Source of the DNA: Clostridia bacterium
Lineage (GTDB): Bacteria > Bacillota > Clostridia > Acetivibrionales > STF1-152
Reading direction: 5' to 3'
DNA length: 64,000 bases
Assembly: GCA_028280575.1 (NCBI GenBank)
Contig: JANQLN010000067.1
Coordinates: forward strand, 17,325 to 81,324
Shown piece after piece: positions 1 through 9,410 of this stretch (positions are counted from its first letter, which is position 1; every line of letters starts with the position of its first letter). A program made the translations under genes and the position numbers. Under the pieces are notes generated by a model. That model searched no databases. It saw only the letters and a program-made list of their open reading frames with translations, and had not been told where the DNA came from.

Positions 1-69
1 AATAAGGCTTTTTCGGGGAAAAATGAGATATGGCTTATATAACAGGGCAGGTAGAAAGGAAGGATATTT

Positions 70-1095
70 ATGGTTATCGTCATGAAGCCCGGCTCCACCG
101 ACAGGAATATTGGTGAAGTTTCAAAGGCGCTGGAAAATCTCGGTCTGGGTGTACACATATCAAAAGGTTCACAACGTACTATCATAGGTGCAATAGGAGA
201 TGATAGGGTATTGGAGAATGTACCCCTTGAACTTATGGACGGGGTTGAAAAGCTTGTGCCAATAGTTGAATCATATAAACTCACCAGCAGGACTTTCAGG
301 CCCGAATCCAGTGTGATAAATGTGGGAGGAGTAGAAATAGGCGGAAAAGAACTGGTATTAATGGCCGGACCCTGTGCAGTTGAAAACAGGGAACAGATCT
401 TAAAGGCAGCCAGGGCCGTTAAAAAGTCGGGAGCAAAATTTTTAAGGGGAGGAGCCTTTAAGCCCAGGACTTCGCCCTATTCATTCCAGGGCCTGGAAGA
501 AGAGGGACTGAAGCTTCTTAAGGAAGCCAGGGAAGAAACAGGTCTTTTAATAATAAGTGAAGTAACAAGTGAAAAAACAGTTGAAATTGCAAACGATTAT
601 GTGGATATGTTCCAGGTCGGAGCCAGAAATGCACAGAATTTTCAACTCTTAAAGTCTATCGGGCAGTCAAAAAAGCCTGTATTATACAAAAGAGGACTAT
701 CCACAACAATTAATGAATGGTTAACCGCTGCGGAATATATAATGAGTGAAGGCAACTATAATGTTGTACTTTGTGAAAGAGGCATCCGGACATTTGAAAC
801 TGCAACCAGGAATACACTTGATTTAAGTTCTGTGCCCGTGATTAAAAATGCAAGCCATCTTCCCATACTGGTGGACCCAAGCCACGCTGCAGGGAAGTCC
901 CAATATGTCTTTCCCCTTTCAATGGCTGCAATAGCCGCCGGGTCAGACGGTTTAATTGTTGAAGTGCATCCCGATCCCATGCACGCAATGTCAGATGCGG
1001 CACAACAGTTAACACCACAGGCTTTTGACAGCCTCTGTGAAAAAATATCACAGCTTTGTGGTATCATCGGCCGTGAGTTTGAATATGGAGCTTAA
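70..1095 (+). CDS. aroF: 3-deoxy-7-phosphoheptulonate (DAHP) synthase, type I-beta, with an N-terminal ferredoxin-like regulatory domain
   Basis: 341-aa ORF with an AGGAAGGA RBS about 6 nt upstream of the ATG. Family-typical blocks LMAGPCAVE, KPRTSPYSFQG, ERGIRTFE and VDPSH are present. A roughly 70-aa N-terminal extension resembles Thermotoga-type enzymes. Confidence 0.9.
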   Translation: MVIVMKPGSTDRNIGEVSKALENLGLGVHISKGSQRTIIGAIGDDRVLENVPLELMDGVEKLVPIVESYKLTSRTFRPESSVINVGGVEIGGKELVLMAGPCAVENREQILKAARAVKKSGAKFLRGGAFKPRTSPYSFQGLEEEGLKLLKEAREETGLLIISEVTSEKTVEIANDYVDMFQVGARNAQNFQLLKSIGQSKKPVLYKRGLSTTINEWLTAAEYIMSEGNYNVVLCERGIRTFETATRNTLDLSSVPVIKNASHLPILVDPSHAAGKSQYVFPLSMAAIAAGSDGLIVEVHPDPMHAMSDAAQQLTPQAFDSLCEKISQLCGIIGREFEYGA

Positions 1096-2182
1096 TAGTG
1101 TTTCCATTGCAGGTTTGGGACTTATCGGGGGTTCCATAGCCAAAGCTTTGAGGGAGCGTACAAAAGTGCGTGAGATTATTGGGCTGGATACAAATGTTAA
1201 TGCTCTTAAAATGGCTTTAAAAGAAAACACAATAACAACAGGCATGGCTTCACCCGGCAGCCGGGTATATGATTCCGACATTATATTCATCTGTACCCCT
1301 GTAGAAGCTGCAATTGAGTATATAGACCTGCTCAAAGACAAGGTCGGGCCCCAGTGCATAATTACCGATGTGGCAAGTACAAAGGCAAAAATATTAGCCC
1401 ATGTCAATTCACTGGACAGGGATTTGTGCTTTATCGGCGGACATCCAATGGCAGGCTCTGAAAAAGAAGGCTATGCATCAAGTTATTCCCATATGTTTGA
1501 AAATGCATATTATGCGCTGACTCCGTCAAAATCAGCCGGAATGGAAAAAATTAAGCTGATGACAGGATTGATAAAATCATTGGGTGCCATACCTGTTGAG
1601 CTTGGTGCGGCAGAGCACGACCGCATCACTGCTGCAATAAGCCATGTCCCTCATATTATAGCTTCTGCTCTTGTAAAGCTCGTAATGGATTCTGACAGGC
1701 AGGGAAAAATGCAGCTTCTTGCGGCAGGTGGTTTCAGGGATATAACCAGGATCGCCTCTTCAAACCCGGTAATGTGGGAAAATATTATTATGAGCAACAA
1801 AGAGCAGGTGCTGGCCCTGGTTGAGGATTACATTAGAGTGCTTGATAATATTTCCCATCAAATAAAGGACAACCAGTCCGGTCCCATAAGGAATTTTTTC
1901 AAGGAATCCAGGGATTTCAGGGACAGTTTCAGGGATGATATAAAGGGTTTAATTGAGCCTGTGTATGTAATAAAGGCCGACATTGTAGACAGGCCGGGTA
2001 TTATAGGCAAAATAGCAACCATGCTGGGTGACAATAGTATAAACATAAAGAATATATGCGTAACAAACAGCAGGGAATTCGAAAACGGCTGTCTTGAGAT
2101 AACCCTGCCCAACTATAAAAGCATGGAAGATGCATTACTGCTGCTTCAGAATGAAGGCTACAATGTCTATGCAAAAACATAA
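1085..2182 (+). CDS. tyrA: Prephenate dehydrogenase with a C-terminal ACT domain
   Basis: Contains the Rossmann motif GLGLIGGS, HPMAGSE, and a C-terminal ACT-like block (VDRPGIIGKIATMLGDNSINIKNI). I chose the ATG at 1085, which overlaps the aroF stop (ATGGAGCTTAA). The 1025 start in the ORF track lies inside aroF. Confidence 0.85.
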   Translation: MELNSVSIAGLGLIGGSIAKALRERTKVREIIGLDTNVNALKMALKENTITTGMASPGSRVYDSDIIFICTPVEAAIEYIDLLKDKVGPQCIITDVASTKAKILAHVNSLDRDLCFIGGHPMAGSEKEGYASSYSHMFENAYYALTPSKSAGMEKIKLMTGLIKSLGAIPVELGAAEHDRITAAISHVPHIIASALVKLVMDSDRQGKMQLLAAGGFRDITRIASSNPVMWENIIMSNKEQVLALVEDYIRVLDNISHQIKDNQSGPIRNFFKESRDFRDSFRDDIKGLIEPVYVIKADIVDRPGIIGKIATMLGDNSINIKNICVTNSREFENGCLEITLPNYKSMEDALLLLQNEGYNVYAKT

Positions 2183-2194
2183 AGATTTATATAG

Positions 2195-2824
2195 TTACAG
2201 TATCTCGTTGAGTCTGTACCCAAGCACCATCAGCCCGTCACTTAGGTGTACATTTTCTATGACCACGTTGTAAGGCAGCTTTAAATCCATGGGGGAAAAA
2301 TTCCACAATCCCTTGATTCCTGCCCTCGCTACTCTATCGGCCACTTCCGGGGTTTTTTCAAAAGGAACGGTTATCATGGCTATGTCAATATGATTTAATT
2401 TAAGATATTCTTCTATGGTATCAAAGTGCCTTATTTCTATATTATTAATTTTCTTGCCTATAAGCTCCGTATTAACGTCAAAAATTGCCGCAAGCCTATA
2501 CCCTCTTCTTTCAAAATTCTCATAGTTGGCAAGTGCCCTTCCCATATTCCCCGCGCCTATTATCACGGTTTTATAATTGTTTTCAAGTCCAAGTATTTTG
2601 CCTATCTCCTTGTAAAGAAGCTCCACATTATATCCATAACCCTGCTGGCCAAAACCCCCAAAGCAATTAAGATCCTGCCTGATTTGGGATGCCGTAATAC
2701 CCATCCTCTCACTTAATTCCCTGGAAGAAATCCTGATTGTGTCCAGCTTAAGAAGATCGGAAAGATATCTGTAATATCTAGGTAACCTTTTTACAACTGC
2801 CATTGAAACCTTTTTCCTATCCAT
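2195..2824 (-). CDS. rex: Redox-sensing transcriptional repressor Rex
   Basis: Contains the N-terminal winged-helix block VKRLPRYYRYL and the NAD(H) Rossmann motif IIGAGNMG. A strong RBS (AGGAGGGG) precedes the ATG. Confidence 0.9.
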   Translation of the reverse strand: MDRKKVSMAVVKRLPRYYRYLSDLLKLDTIRISSRELSERMGITASQIRQDLNCFGGFGQQGYGYNVELLYKEIGKILGLENNYKTVIIGAGNMGRALANYENFERRGYRLAAIFDVNTELIGKKINNIEIRHFDTIEEYLKLNHIDIAMITVPFEKTPEVADRVARAGIKGLWNFSPMDLKLPYNVVIENVHLSDGLMVLGYRLNEIL

Positions 2825-2972
2825 AGTCCCCTCCTAAATTTACAATCCGTTTGAATCAATAAACAACACAACCTGTATCATACACAGAACTGGAAATAAC
2901 TTCAATGCTAATTATATCACCTTTGTTATTTTATTGTCAATGATTCAGGGCTTTTTTGGGCTTCCCCATTTT

Positions 2973-3572
2973 TTATGTCAGCACTTTAACAAACATATTA
3001 TAAGACCTCTCCATCATTTCTTCCTCCGTCATATCAACAAATTCTTCAAATCCATGTTTAAAGGCTACAATGCACATTATGGAATTGCCAAATGCAATAA
3101 GCCAGCTGAATTTATCGGGCTTTTTTTTCAATACCCCTTCTTTTACACCAATATCTATTATTTTTTCAAATTTTTCCACATATGCTCTTCTCATGTTTTC
3201 AAAATGTTCTTCTATCAATGACTGCATAGTTTTTTTTATGGAAAAATTACACTCATTAAAGGTAATATATTGAGAAAATGTCCTGCTGGCGGTCATGGTT
3301 GAACTGATATTTTTTAAAGCAGCCATATAGATTACCTTAAAGCCTCCTCCTGAATTTATGCTTTCCTCAAAGGTTTTTATGCATTTTTTAAGAAAATATA
3401 TTATGGACTCGGCCAGGAGCTGCTCCTTGCTTTTAAAATATTCATATACGGTCCCCTTGCCTATATCGGCCGCTTTTGCAATATCGGCCACCTTTATATT
3501 GCTCATGTCGCGCTTTTCCTCTATGAGGCCCAAAGCAGCCTCATAGAGAAGTATTTTCTTATCTGTTCCCAT
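2973..3572 (-). CDS. TetR/AcrR family transcriptional regulator
   Basis: Contains an N-terminal TetR HTH (IKVADIAKAADIGKGTVYEYFKSKEQLL). The gene starts 23 nt after the RND stop, so it is probably co-transcribed. Confidence 0.85.
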   Translation of the reverse strand: MGTDKKILLYEAALGLIEEKRDMSNIKVADIAKAADIGKGTVYEYFKSKEQLLAESIIYFLKKCIKTFEESINSGGGFKVIYMAALKNISSTMTASRTFSQYITFNECNFSIKKTMQSLIEEHFENMRRAYVEKFEKIIDIGVKEGVLKKKPDKFSWLIAFGNSIMCIVAFKHGFEEFVDMTEEEMMERSYNMFVKVLT

Positions 3573-3595
3573 AAATATTACACTCCATTTATATA

Positions 3596-6500
3596 TTATA
3601 TGGCCTTTCTGTTAAATGCATCATACATAACCGGTATGAATATAAGTGTAAGGAGCGTAGCATATATAAGCCCTCCGATAGCTGTTATCGCCATTGGCTG
3701 AACCATTTCCGTCCCCATCCCTACACCTGCCGACATGGTTGATAAGGCAATAATTGTAGTTAGTGCGGTCATTACTATAGGCCTTAAACGATGATTTCCT
3801 GCTTTTATGATGGCATCTTTCTTGTTCATTCCCGATTCCCTTAATTTGTTCACATAGTCGACAAACACTATGCCGTTGTTAACTACTACACCCGACAATA
3901 TGATAAGCCCTATAAAAGCGACTATACTAAGTGGTTTGCCGACAATCATCAGTGCAAAGAATCCTCCCGTAAAGGCAAGGGGTATTGTAAACATAACTAT
4001 AAACGGTGATTTCAAAGACTGGAATTGTGCAACCATTATCAAATAGATAAATGCAATTGCCATACCCAGCATCAGGAACAGGTCCCTGAATGAGTCCATT
4101 ATCATTTCGTCTTCTCCGCCGACTTCTACTGAATACCCTTCAGGAACCTCATATTCGGAAAGCTTGTCCTTTATCAGGCTGTTGACCTTGCCTACATTAT
4201 ATCCGTCGGCAAGACTGGCGGTAACGGTAAGGTATCTTTGCTGGCCGCTCCTTCTTATTGAAGAAAAACCCTCGGCTTCTTTTATTTGTGCCACATCCTT
4301 CAAAGCTGTCTCTCTTCCCTGGGGCGACAATATAGTTAATTCTTCCATTTCTGCCCTGGTTAGCCTTCTCTTATCCCCTTCATCCCTTACAAAAACGTCG
4401 TAATCTTTTGAACCTGCCGAAATTGAGGTAGCCGCACTACCGGTCTTCAGTACCTTATTAACCTCCATAAACACCTGGGCCACCGTCAAACCGTTAGCTA
4501 TACTCTTATTTTTATCAACAACTATTCTTATTTCAGGAGAGGTTTCTTCTAAGCCGTCTGAGACATCTATTGTACCTTCGACTCCTGCTACAATAGCCGC
4601 CACATCCTTAGAAATGCTTTCCAGTGTGTCAAAATCCCTTCCCTTTATATCTATTGATACGTCTCCGCCGCTCATGAAAGACATATCCATACCGCCCTGC
4701 TCGCTGACACTTACTTCGAAATCAAATTCTTCCGTCATATTTCTGATCATTTGGGCTATTTCACGGGAAGACTTTACCTTATCATCCTTAAGAAGTACAT
4801 ACATGGATACCGAATCGGCACCGGAGCCTCCTCCCATCATGCCCATTCCCATCATGCCGCCGGATGAAATTGATGCTCCCACCGTTTCAATATCTTCAAT
4901 ACCCAATATTGTTTCACTAACCTTGTCGGCAGCCTTAGCAGTTTCATCAAACAGTGTACCCTTAGGCATGGTAACATTTACAGACAGCTGGTTTGTATCT
5001 GAGGAGGGAATCATTTCCGTTCCCATATTTAATGCTCCGGCAAGACTGGCTGCCAGCAATACAATAACAAGTACAGCAACAATCCATTTATGCTTTAAGG
5101 AAAAAACAAGCAGCCTGGAGTAGGAGCTTTTTATGGAATCCAGAATCCTGTGTTCCTTTTGGGTGGTCCTGACCATTATCCTGGAGGCTATCATCGGCAC
5201 CAGGGTAAGGGCAATTAAAAGGCTGGCAATGAGTGAATACGCTATGGTCAAACCCATATCGGTAAATATTTGCCTTGTTATTCCCTTTGTGAAAACTATG
5301 GGTAAAAATACTGAAATAGTAGTAAGGGTTGATGCGGTAATTGCGCCTGAAACCTGTCTTGCACCCTGTATGGCGGCTTCTTTCACACTCTTGCCCTCAT
5401 TTCTCATACGGTATATGTTTTCAATAACAACTATTGAATTATCCACAAGCATTCCTACCCCCAGGGCAAGGCCGCCCATTGATATTATATTCAATGTTAT
5501 CCTGCTGAAATACATCATGACAAAAGCGGTAATGAGGCTTATAGGTATTGCAAAGCCTATAACGATTGTCGGCTTTATATCCCTTAAGAAAATAAGCAGG
5601 ATCAATATTGCCAGGACGCCGCCGTACAAAAGATTCATTGTAATGGAATTTACCACAATATCAATATATTCACCCTGGTCCATCAGGGAAACAAGCTTTA
5701 CACCATCATTTTCCCGCATTACTTCGTCCATTTTGGCATGGACACTTTTTGCAACATCGGAAGTAGCATATTCCGTCTGTTTTTGTATTACCAGAATTAC
5801 GGCATCATTGCCATTTACCTTGGAATACATCTCTCCAGAATTGTCTATTTCAACTATTTCTGCAACATCACCCAGCAAAACAGGTTCCATACCCGGTATG
5901 GGAAGGGCCATTACAGCCAATTGCCCAAGCTCTTCCACATCTTTGATTTCATCACCTGTCCTGACCAGATAATCAATACCCTCTTCTGTGATATAACCTG
6001 CCGGCATGCTGAAATTCTGGCCTTTCAATATTCCTGCCACCATTTCCCTGGTAATCTTCACCCCAGGATTTTGAGAAGCATCAGCCTGCATGGCTTCATT
6101 TTGGAGCTGCGCTTCACCGGGAGCTTCCCGTTCCCCTTCAGCCGCAGCGCCCTGGGAAGCTTGTCCGGGTATAGGGCCTGCGCTTGCTGCCATAGCCCTC
6201 ATAATCTTTTTGTTTACCTCTTCAATTTTTGTTTCCCGCAGTATTACATGGATATCACTTTCAATCAAGCCTGTAGGAGAGACCGAAGCTATACCTTCAA
6301 CACTTTCCAGTTCAGGTATTATACTGTTTTCCAAAAATTTGGACGACTCATTAATCTTTTGCCCTTCCACTGCCGCAGAAAGAACCATTACGGGCATCAT
6401 ATCAGGATTCAGCTTGATAATCATGGGAGAACCGACACCGTCGGGCATATAAGCGCTGATCAAGTCAAGGCTTTCCCTCATTTCTATTACAGCGGAATCC

Positions 6501-6817
6501 ATATTAGCCGTTTGTGTAAATTCAAGTATAACAACGGACATGTTTTCATTTGAAACCGAACTTACACTTTTGATATTACTGATTGATGACATAGATTGCT
6601 CAATAGGCTTTGTTACAATCAATTCAACTTCGTCCGGGCTGGCGCCAATGTATGTTGTGGATACTATGGCATAGGGCAGGTTCATACTGGGCAGCAGGTC
6701 CGCAGACATATTCATAACGGAAACCACTCCCAGCATAATGACAATTATTACAGCAACAATAACTGTATATGGTTTTTTAACACTAAATTGTGATAACAAG
6801 TAGTTCACTCCATTCAT
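3596..6817 (-). CDS. RND superfamily efflux transporter (AcrB/SwrC-like)
   Basis: 1073 aa. The layout is AcrB-like: an N-terminal TM helix, two large extracytoplasmic loops and two hydrophobic bundles. No membrane-fusion or outer-membrane partner gene is adjacent, as for Bacillus SwrC-type pumps. Confidence 0.9.
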   Translation of the reverse strand: MNGVNYLLSQFSVKKPYTVIVAVIIVIMLGVVSVMNMSADLLPSMNLPYAIVSTTYIGASPDEVELIVTKPIEQSMSSISNIKSVSSVSNENMSVVILEFTQTANMDSAVIEMRESLDLISAYMPDGVGSPMIIKLNPDMMPVMVLSAAVEGQKINESSKFLENSIIPELESVEGIASVSPTGLIESDIHVILRETKIEEVNKKIMRAMAASAGPIPGQASQGAAAEGEREAPGEAQLQNEAMQADASQNPGVKITREMVAGILKGQNFSMPAGYITEEGIDYLVRTGDEIKDVEELGQLAVMALPIPGMEPVLLGDVAEIVEIDNSGEMYSKVNGNDAVILVIQKQTEYATSDVAKSVHAKMDEVMRENDGVKLVSLMDQGEYIDIVVNSITMNLLYGGVLAILILLIFLRDIKPTIVIGFAIPISLITAFVMMYFSRITLNIISMGGLALGVGMLVDNSIVVIENIYRMRNEGKSVKEAAIQGARQVSGAITASTLTTISVFLPIVFTKGITRQIFTDMGLTIAYSLIASLLIALTLVPMIASRIMVRTTQKEHRILDSIKSSYSRLLVFSLKHKWIVAVLVIVLLAASLAGALNMGTEMIPSSDTNQLSVNVTMPKGTLFDETAKAADKVSETILGIEDIETVGASISSGGMMGMGMMGGGSGADSVSMYVLLKDDKVKSSREIAQMIRNMTEEFDFEVSVSEQGGMDMSFMSGGDVSIDIKGRDFDTLESISKDVAAIVAGVEGTIDVSDGLEETSPEIRIVVDKNKSIANGLTVAQVFMEVNKVLKTGSAATSISAGSKDYDVFVRDEGDKRRLTRAEMEELTILSPQGRETALKDVAQIKEAEGFSSIRRSGQQRYLTVTASLADGYNVGKVNSLIKDKLSEYEVPEGYSVEVGGEDEMIMDSFRDLFLMLGMAIAFIYLIMVAQFQSLKSPFIVMFTIPLAFTGGFFALMIVGKPLSIVAFIGLIILSGVVVNNGIVFVDYVNKLRESGMNKKDAIIKAGNHRLRPIVMTALTTIIALSTMSAGVGMGTEMVQPMAITAIGGLIYATLLTLIFIPVMYDAFNRKAI

Positions 6818-6824
6818 CTAGTTT

Positions 6825-6844
6825 CCGACCTACCGGTCGGTCGG
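6825..6844. promoter_or_regulatory. GC-rich near-perfect 20-bp palindrome directly upstream of the RND start; candidate TetR operator
   Basis: Sequence is CCGACCT-ACCGGT-CGGTCGG. It lies 8 nt upstream of the RND ATG in otherwise AT-rich DNA, and a TetR gene sits in the same operon. Confidence 0.3.
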
Positions 6845-7021
6845 TTAAAATCCATTATAGCATTATTGAATTAATATTCAAGGATAAGCTTGTAAAATAT
6901 ATATTACAAAAGTGTGGAATTTTTGTGAAAAAAGGATATAATTACGACAAAATATTCATAATTATATCCCATTCTCCATAACTTAAGGCATGTTTTATAC
7001 AGGGCTTTTAATTTTCCATTT

Positions 7022-7735
7022 TTATTCAAAATATTTATCTATACCATGCTTAATTGCCCCGGCCAGCTTTGCCTGGTATTCTTTTTCTCCCAGCTTCCTA
7101 TCCTCTTCCCTGTTGGAAAGGAATCCGCATTCTACCAGGGCTGTCGTTGTCTTTAAATCCTTTAGGATAATTATCTTTTCTTTTTTTACCAGGGCAGACC
7201 TTTTATTCTGGGGATCAACCATATCCCTCAAGCTTTTCTGCAGCTCAACCGCAAGTTTTTTACTCTCATCGGAATTGGGAGGATAAAACACCTGGGCCCC
7301 ATGATATTGGGTCTGGCCAAATCCATTTAAATGAATACTTACAACTATATCCGCTCCAGCTTCATCCATTATCTTTTTTCTCTTTAACAGGTCCTGCTTG
7401 CGTTTTTCATATATCCGGGTTGTTCCGGGCGTATAATCAAGCATATCTTCACTTCTTGTAAGAATTACTCTATAATTATCATCCTCAAGCAGCTCTCTTA
7501 GCTTTAATGCTATTTTTAGTGTAATGTCCTTTTCCTTGTTTGAAGAATAGCTGCTGACAACTCCCGGGTCTTCTCCCCCGTGGCCCGCATCAATAATTAC
7601 CGTTTTCGTATCCTGCTGCTTCAAAACAGGCTCAGTACCCACATCCGCATTTATATTCAGGCTGTATACCGTTACTAGAAGAAGAAATATAAGTCCGACA
7701 AATGCTATATTGTTTTTTCTGATAATTACCAGCAT
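7022..7735 (-). CDS. cwlD: N-acetylmuramoyl-L-alanine amidase (Amidase_3), CwlD-like
   Basis: Contains IIDAGHGGEDPG and VSIHLN blocks. It has an N-terminal membrane anchor and is about 237 aa from the internal ATG at 7735 (RBS GGCGGGA). The 7780 start adds 15 residues with no RBS. Confidence 0.7.
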   Translation of the reverse strand: MLVIIRKNNIAFVGLIFLLLVTVYSLNINADVGTEPVLKQQDTKTVIIDAGHGGEDPGVVSSYSSNKEKDITLKIALKLRELLEDDNYRVILTRSEDMLDYTPGTTRIYEKRKQDLLKRKKIMDEAGADIVVSIHLNGFGQTQYHGAQVFYPPNSDESKKLAVELQKSLRDMVDPQNKRSALVKKEKIIILKDLKTTTALVECGFLSNREEDRKLGEKEYQAKLAGAIKHGIDKYFE

Positions 7736-7915
7736 ATCATCCCGCCTTTTTAAAAATACTGTACATAGAGCATTTTGCATATGTTATGAAATCTTTGAGC
7801 AGAGCACACTAAATTTAGTATATACCCTGCTGATTAAAGCGCAAATTGCTTACATAATAAGCATATTCAAAGACAGGTTGGACATATTCTTTTTTTAGAG
7901 GAACATTCTTTAAAT

Positions 7916-8749
7916 CTATTGAAAAATTATATCATCCGTTTTACCGCCAAGCCTTTGCACCTGGCATTTGATTTCATAAAAGGTTTCCCTGTCCATAGAA
8001 TCCACATTTTTTTCCATGTATCCCCTAAGGACAGGTATTGCCCTGCCGTCTCCATAAGTCCCAAGGCATATGGCTCCAATAATCTTGTTTTCCATCCTCT
8101 TGAATGAATCTTTCAGCGCACTGTAGGCATTATCATTTTTATTGTCCCTGCCTATCTCGGAAACTGCTACAAGGATGTATTCTTCATCATCATCTATAGT
8201 GTCGGCCTCCATAAGATACTTAATCAGATAATCCATACAAGCCTTTCCCATATCAACAAGAGCATCTTTAATTTCCTCTTTTATTTGGATGTTGCAGGTT
8301 TTTTTCAGCGCATCTGTAAGGCAGTTGAGACAATGTGCACAGTTAAACTTTCCAAGGGTCCTGATTGCCAGTAAAACCTCATGATTTTCATCACTGCTCA
8401 TACAATTGTCCGTTAAAAGCCCTGTGAGAAAAGCTTTTGCTTTTTTGCCGAATGATAAAAGACAGCCTGTCAGCGAGGGCGGCAGACCTTCGTCACTTAA
8501 ATGTGCGGCTTCAATAAAGTAGCGGGTAATCAGCCCAAAGTCATTTACAGCACCAAAAAAACAGCCTGCACTAATATTACCTAATTCTTTGACAGGTGCG
8601 GCCTCCCATTTTTCTATATTATCCTCCAATATGGCTTCAAACTCTTTCTCCCAGTTTTCATCAAGTTCTTTTTCATCGCCGAAATAATTTTCATAGCTTT
8701 CTTTTAAAACATTATTATAACTGTTGATTATTATTTTTAGCTTGTCCAT
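7916..8749 (-). CDS. Hypothetical protein with HEAT/PBS-lyase-like repeats and a CxxCxxC motif
   Basis: 277-aa acidic protein. The C-terminal GDGRAIPVLRGYMEK resembles a HEAT_2 repeat. It contains FNCAHCLNCL...KKTC. The start lies 3 nt after the upstream gene's stop. Confidence 0.6.
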   Translation of the reverse strand: MDKLKIIINSYNNVLKESYENYFGDEKELDENWEKEFEAILEDNIEKWEAAPVKELGNISAGCFFGAVNDFGLITRYFIEAAHLSDEGLPPSLTGCLLSFGKKAKAFLTGLLTDNCMSSDENHEVLLAIRTLGKFNCAHCLNCLTDALKKTCNIQIKEEIKDALVDMGKACMDYLIKYLMEADTIDDDEEYILVAVSEIGRDNKNDNAYSALKDSFKRMENKIIGAICLGTYGDGRAIPVLRGYMEKNVDSMDRETFYEIKCQVQRLGGKTDDIIFQ

Positions 8750-8752
8750 TAT

Positions 8753-9358
8753 CTATACCCTTCGCTTCTTTTTTTTCTTCTTTTTGACCGTAGTATTTTT
8801 GGCCGAGGGATTCCAAGGAGACAGCTCGTAGGCTTTTTCAACCTTTGAAAGCTTTTCCTTTTTATCCTTTTTAAGCTTAAAATTATAATAGCCCGCCATA
8901 TAGCCCAGCATAGCAATCAAAGGTAATGCTAAAAGTGCCCCAATATATGAAAGGGATGTTTCTCCCCCCCACCTTATTATGAAATACACAGGTCCAAGAA
9001 ATGCTTTATATACTATTTCCTTGAGCCTTTCAACCGTATCATCGTTAAATGAAAGCAAAAGGTATACAATTGATATAAGGAATATTGGTATAAAACCTGT
9101 GATTCCCATCAATAGCCCTTTATATGGATATGGATTTAAATTGTACTGTGGTTTTTTTTCGGTAAGAGCCAATGTTTTAAAATCTGAATAAACTATCAAG
9201 GTCAATATTAAAAATATAATAAATGAGTAAACAGGCAGCCAAAATGAAAATTTTTCCCCCGCCAGGCTTATTACCGGATAGAGGAAAACCCCAAATATAA
9301 CAAGTGCTATTAAATAATCAATCAGCAGCTTTAATGATTTTTTTATAAAATATTTCAA
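8753..9358 (-). CDS. Hypothetical polytopic membrane protein with a poly-lysine C-terminal tail
   Basis: Four to five hydrophobic segments and a C-terminus VKKKKKKKRRV. I prefer the TTG at 9358, preceded by AAGGAGAA, over the TTG at 9376. Confidence 0.55.
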   Translation of the reverse strand: MKYFIKKSLKLLIDYLIALVIFGVFLYPVISLAGEKFSFWLPVYSFIIFLILTLIVYSDFKTLALTEKKPQYNLNPYPYKGLLMGITGFIPIFLISIVYLLLSFNDDTVERLKEIVYKAFLGPVYFIIRWGGETSLSYIGALLALPLIAMLGYMAGYYNFKLKKDKKEKLSKVEKAYELSPWNPSAKNTTVKKKKKKKRRV

Positions 9359-9410
9359 AACAACTTCTCCTTTCAATAGTACTCTATCAATTGCATTTTT
9401 TTTATTAGCT

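Noticed and set aside
1025-1084. N-terminal extensions given by the ORF track. Examples are the 1025 start of tyrA and the upstream starts at 7780, 9376, 10433, 10606, 12085, 21971, 34530, 42924, 51025 and 60179.
   Set aside because: In each case an internal start has a better Shine-Dalgarno sequence, and the extension either overlaps the upstream gene or adds residues foreign to the family's N-terminus.
2923-2940. A possible Rex operator (TTGTTATTTTATTGTCAA) upstream of rex.
   Set aside because: Only the first half-site matches the remembered TTGTTAA-N4-TTAACAA pattern. The match is too weak in AT-rich DNA.
5133-6553. Two long plus-strand ORFs (279 and 271 aa) antisense to the RND pump gene.
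   Set aside because: They lie entirely within a well-supported 1073-aa minus-strand gene. Their translations are low-complexity Ser/Ile/Thr- or Cys/His/Phe-rich with no RBS or family resemblance. This is typical of antisense frames.
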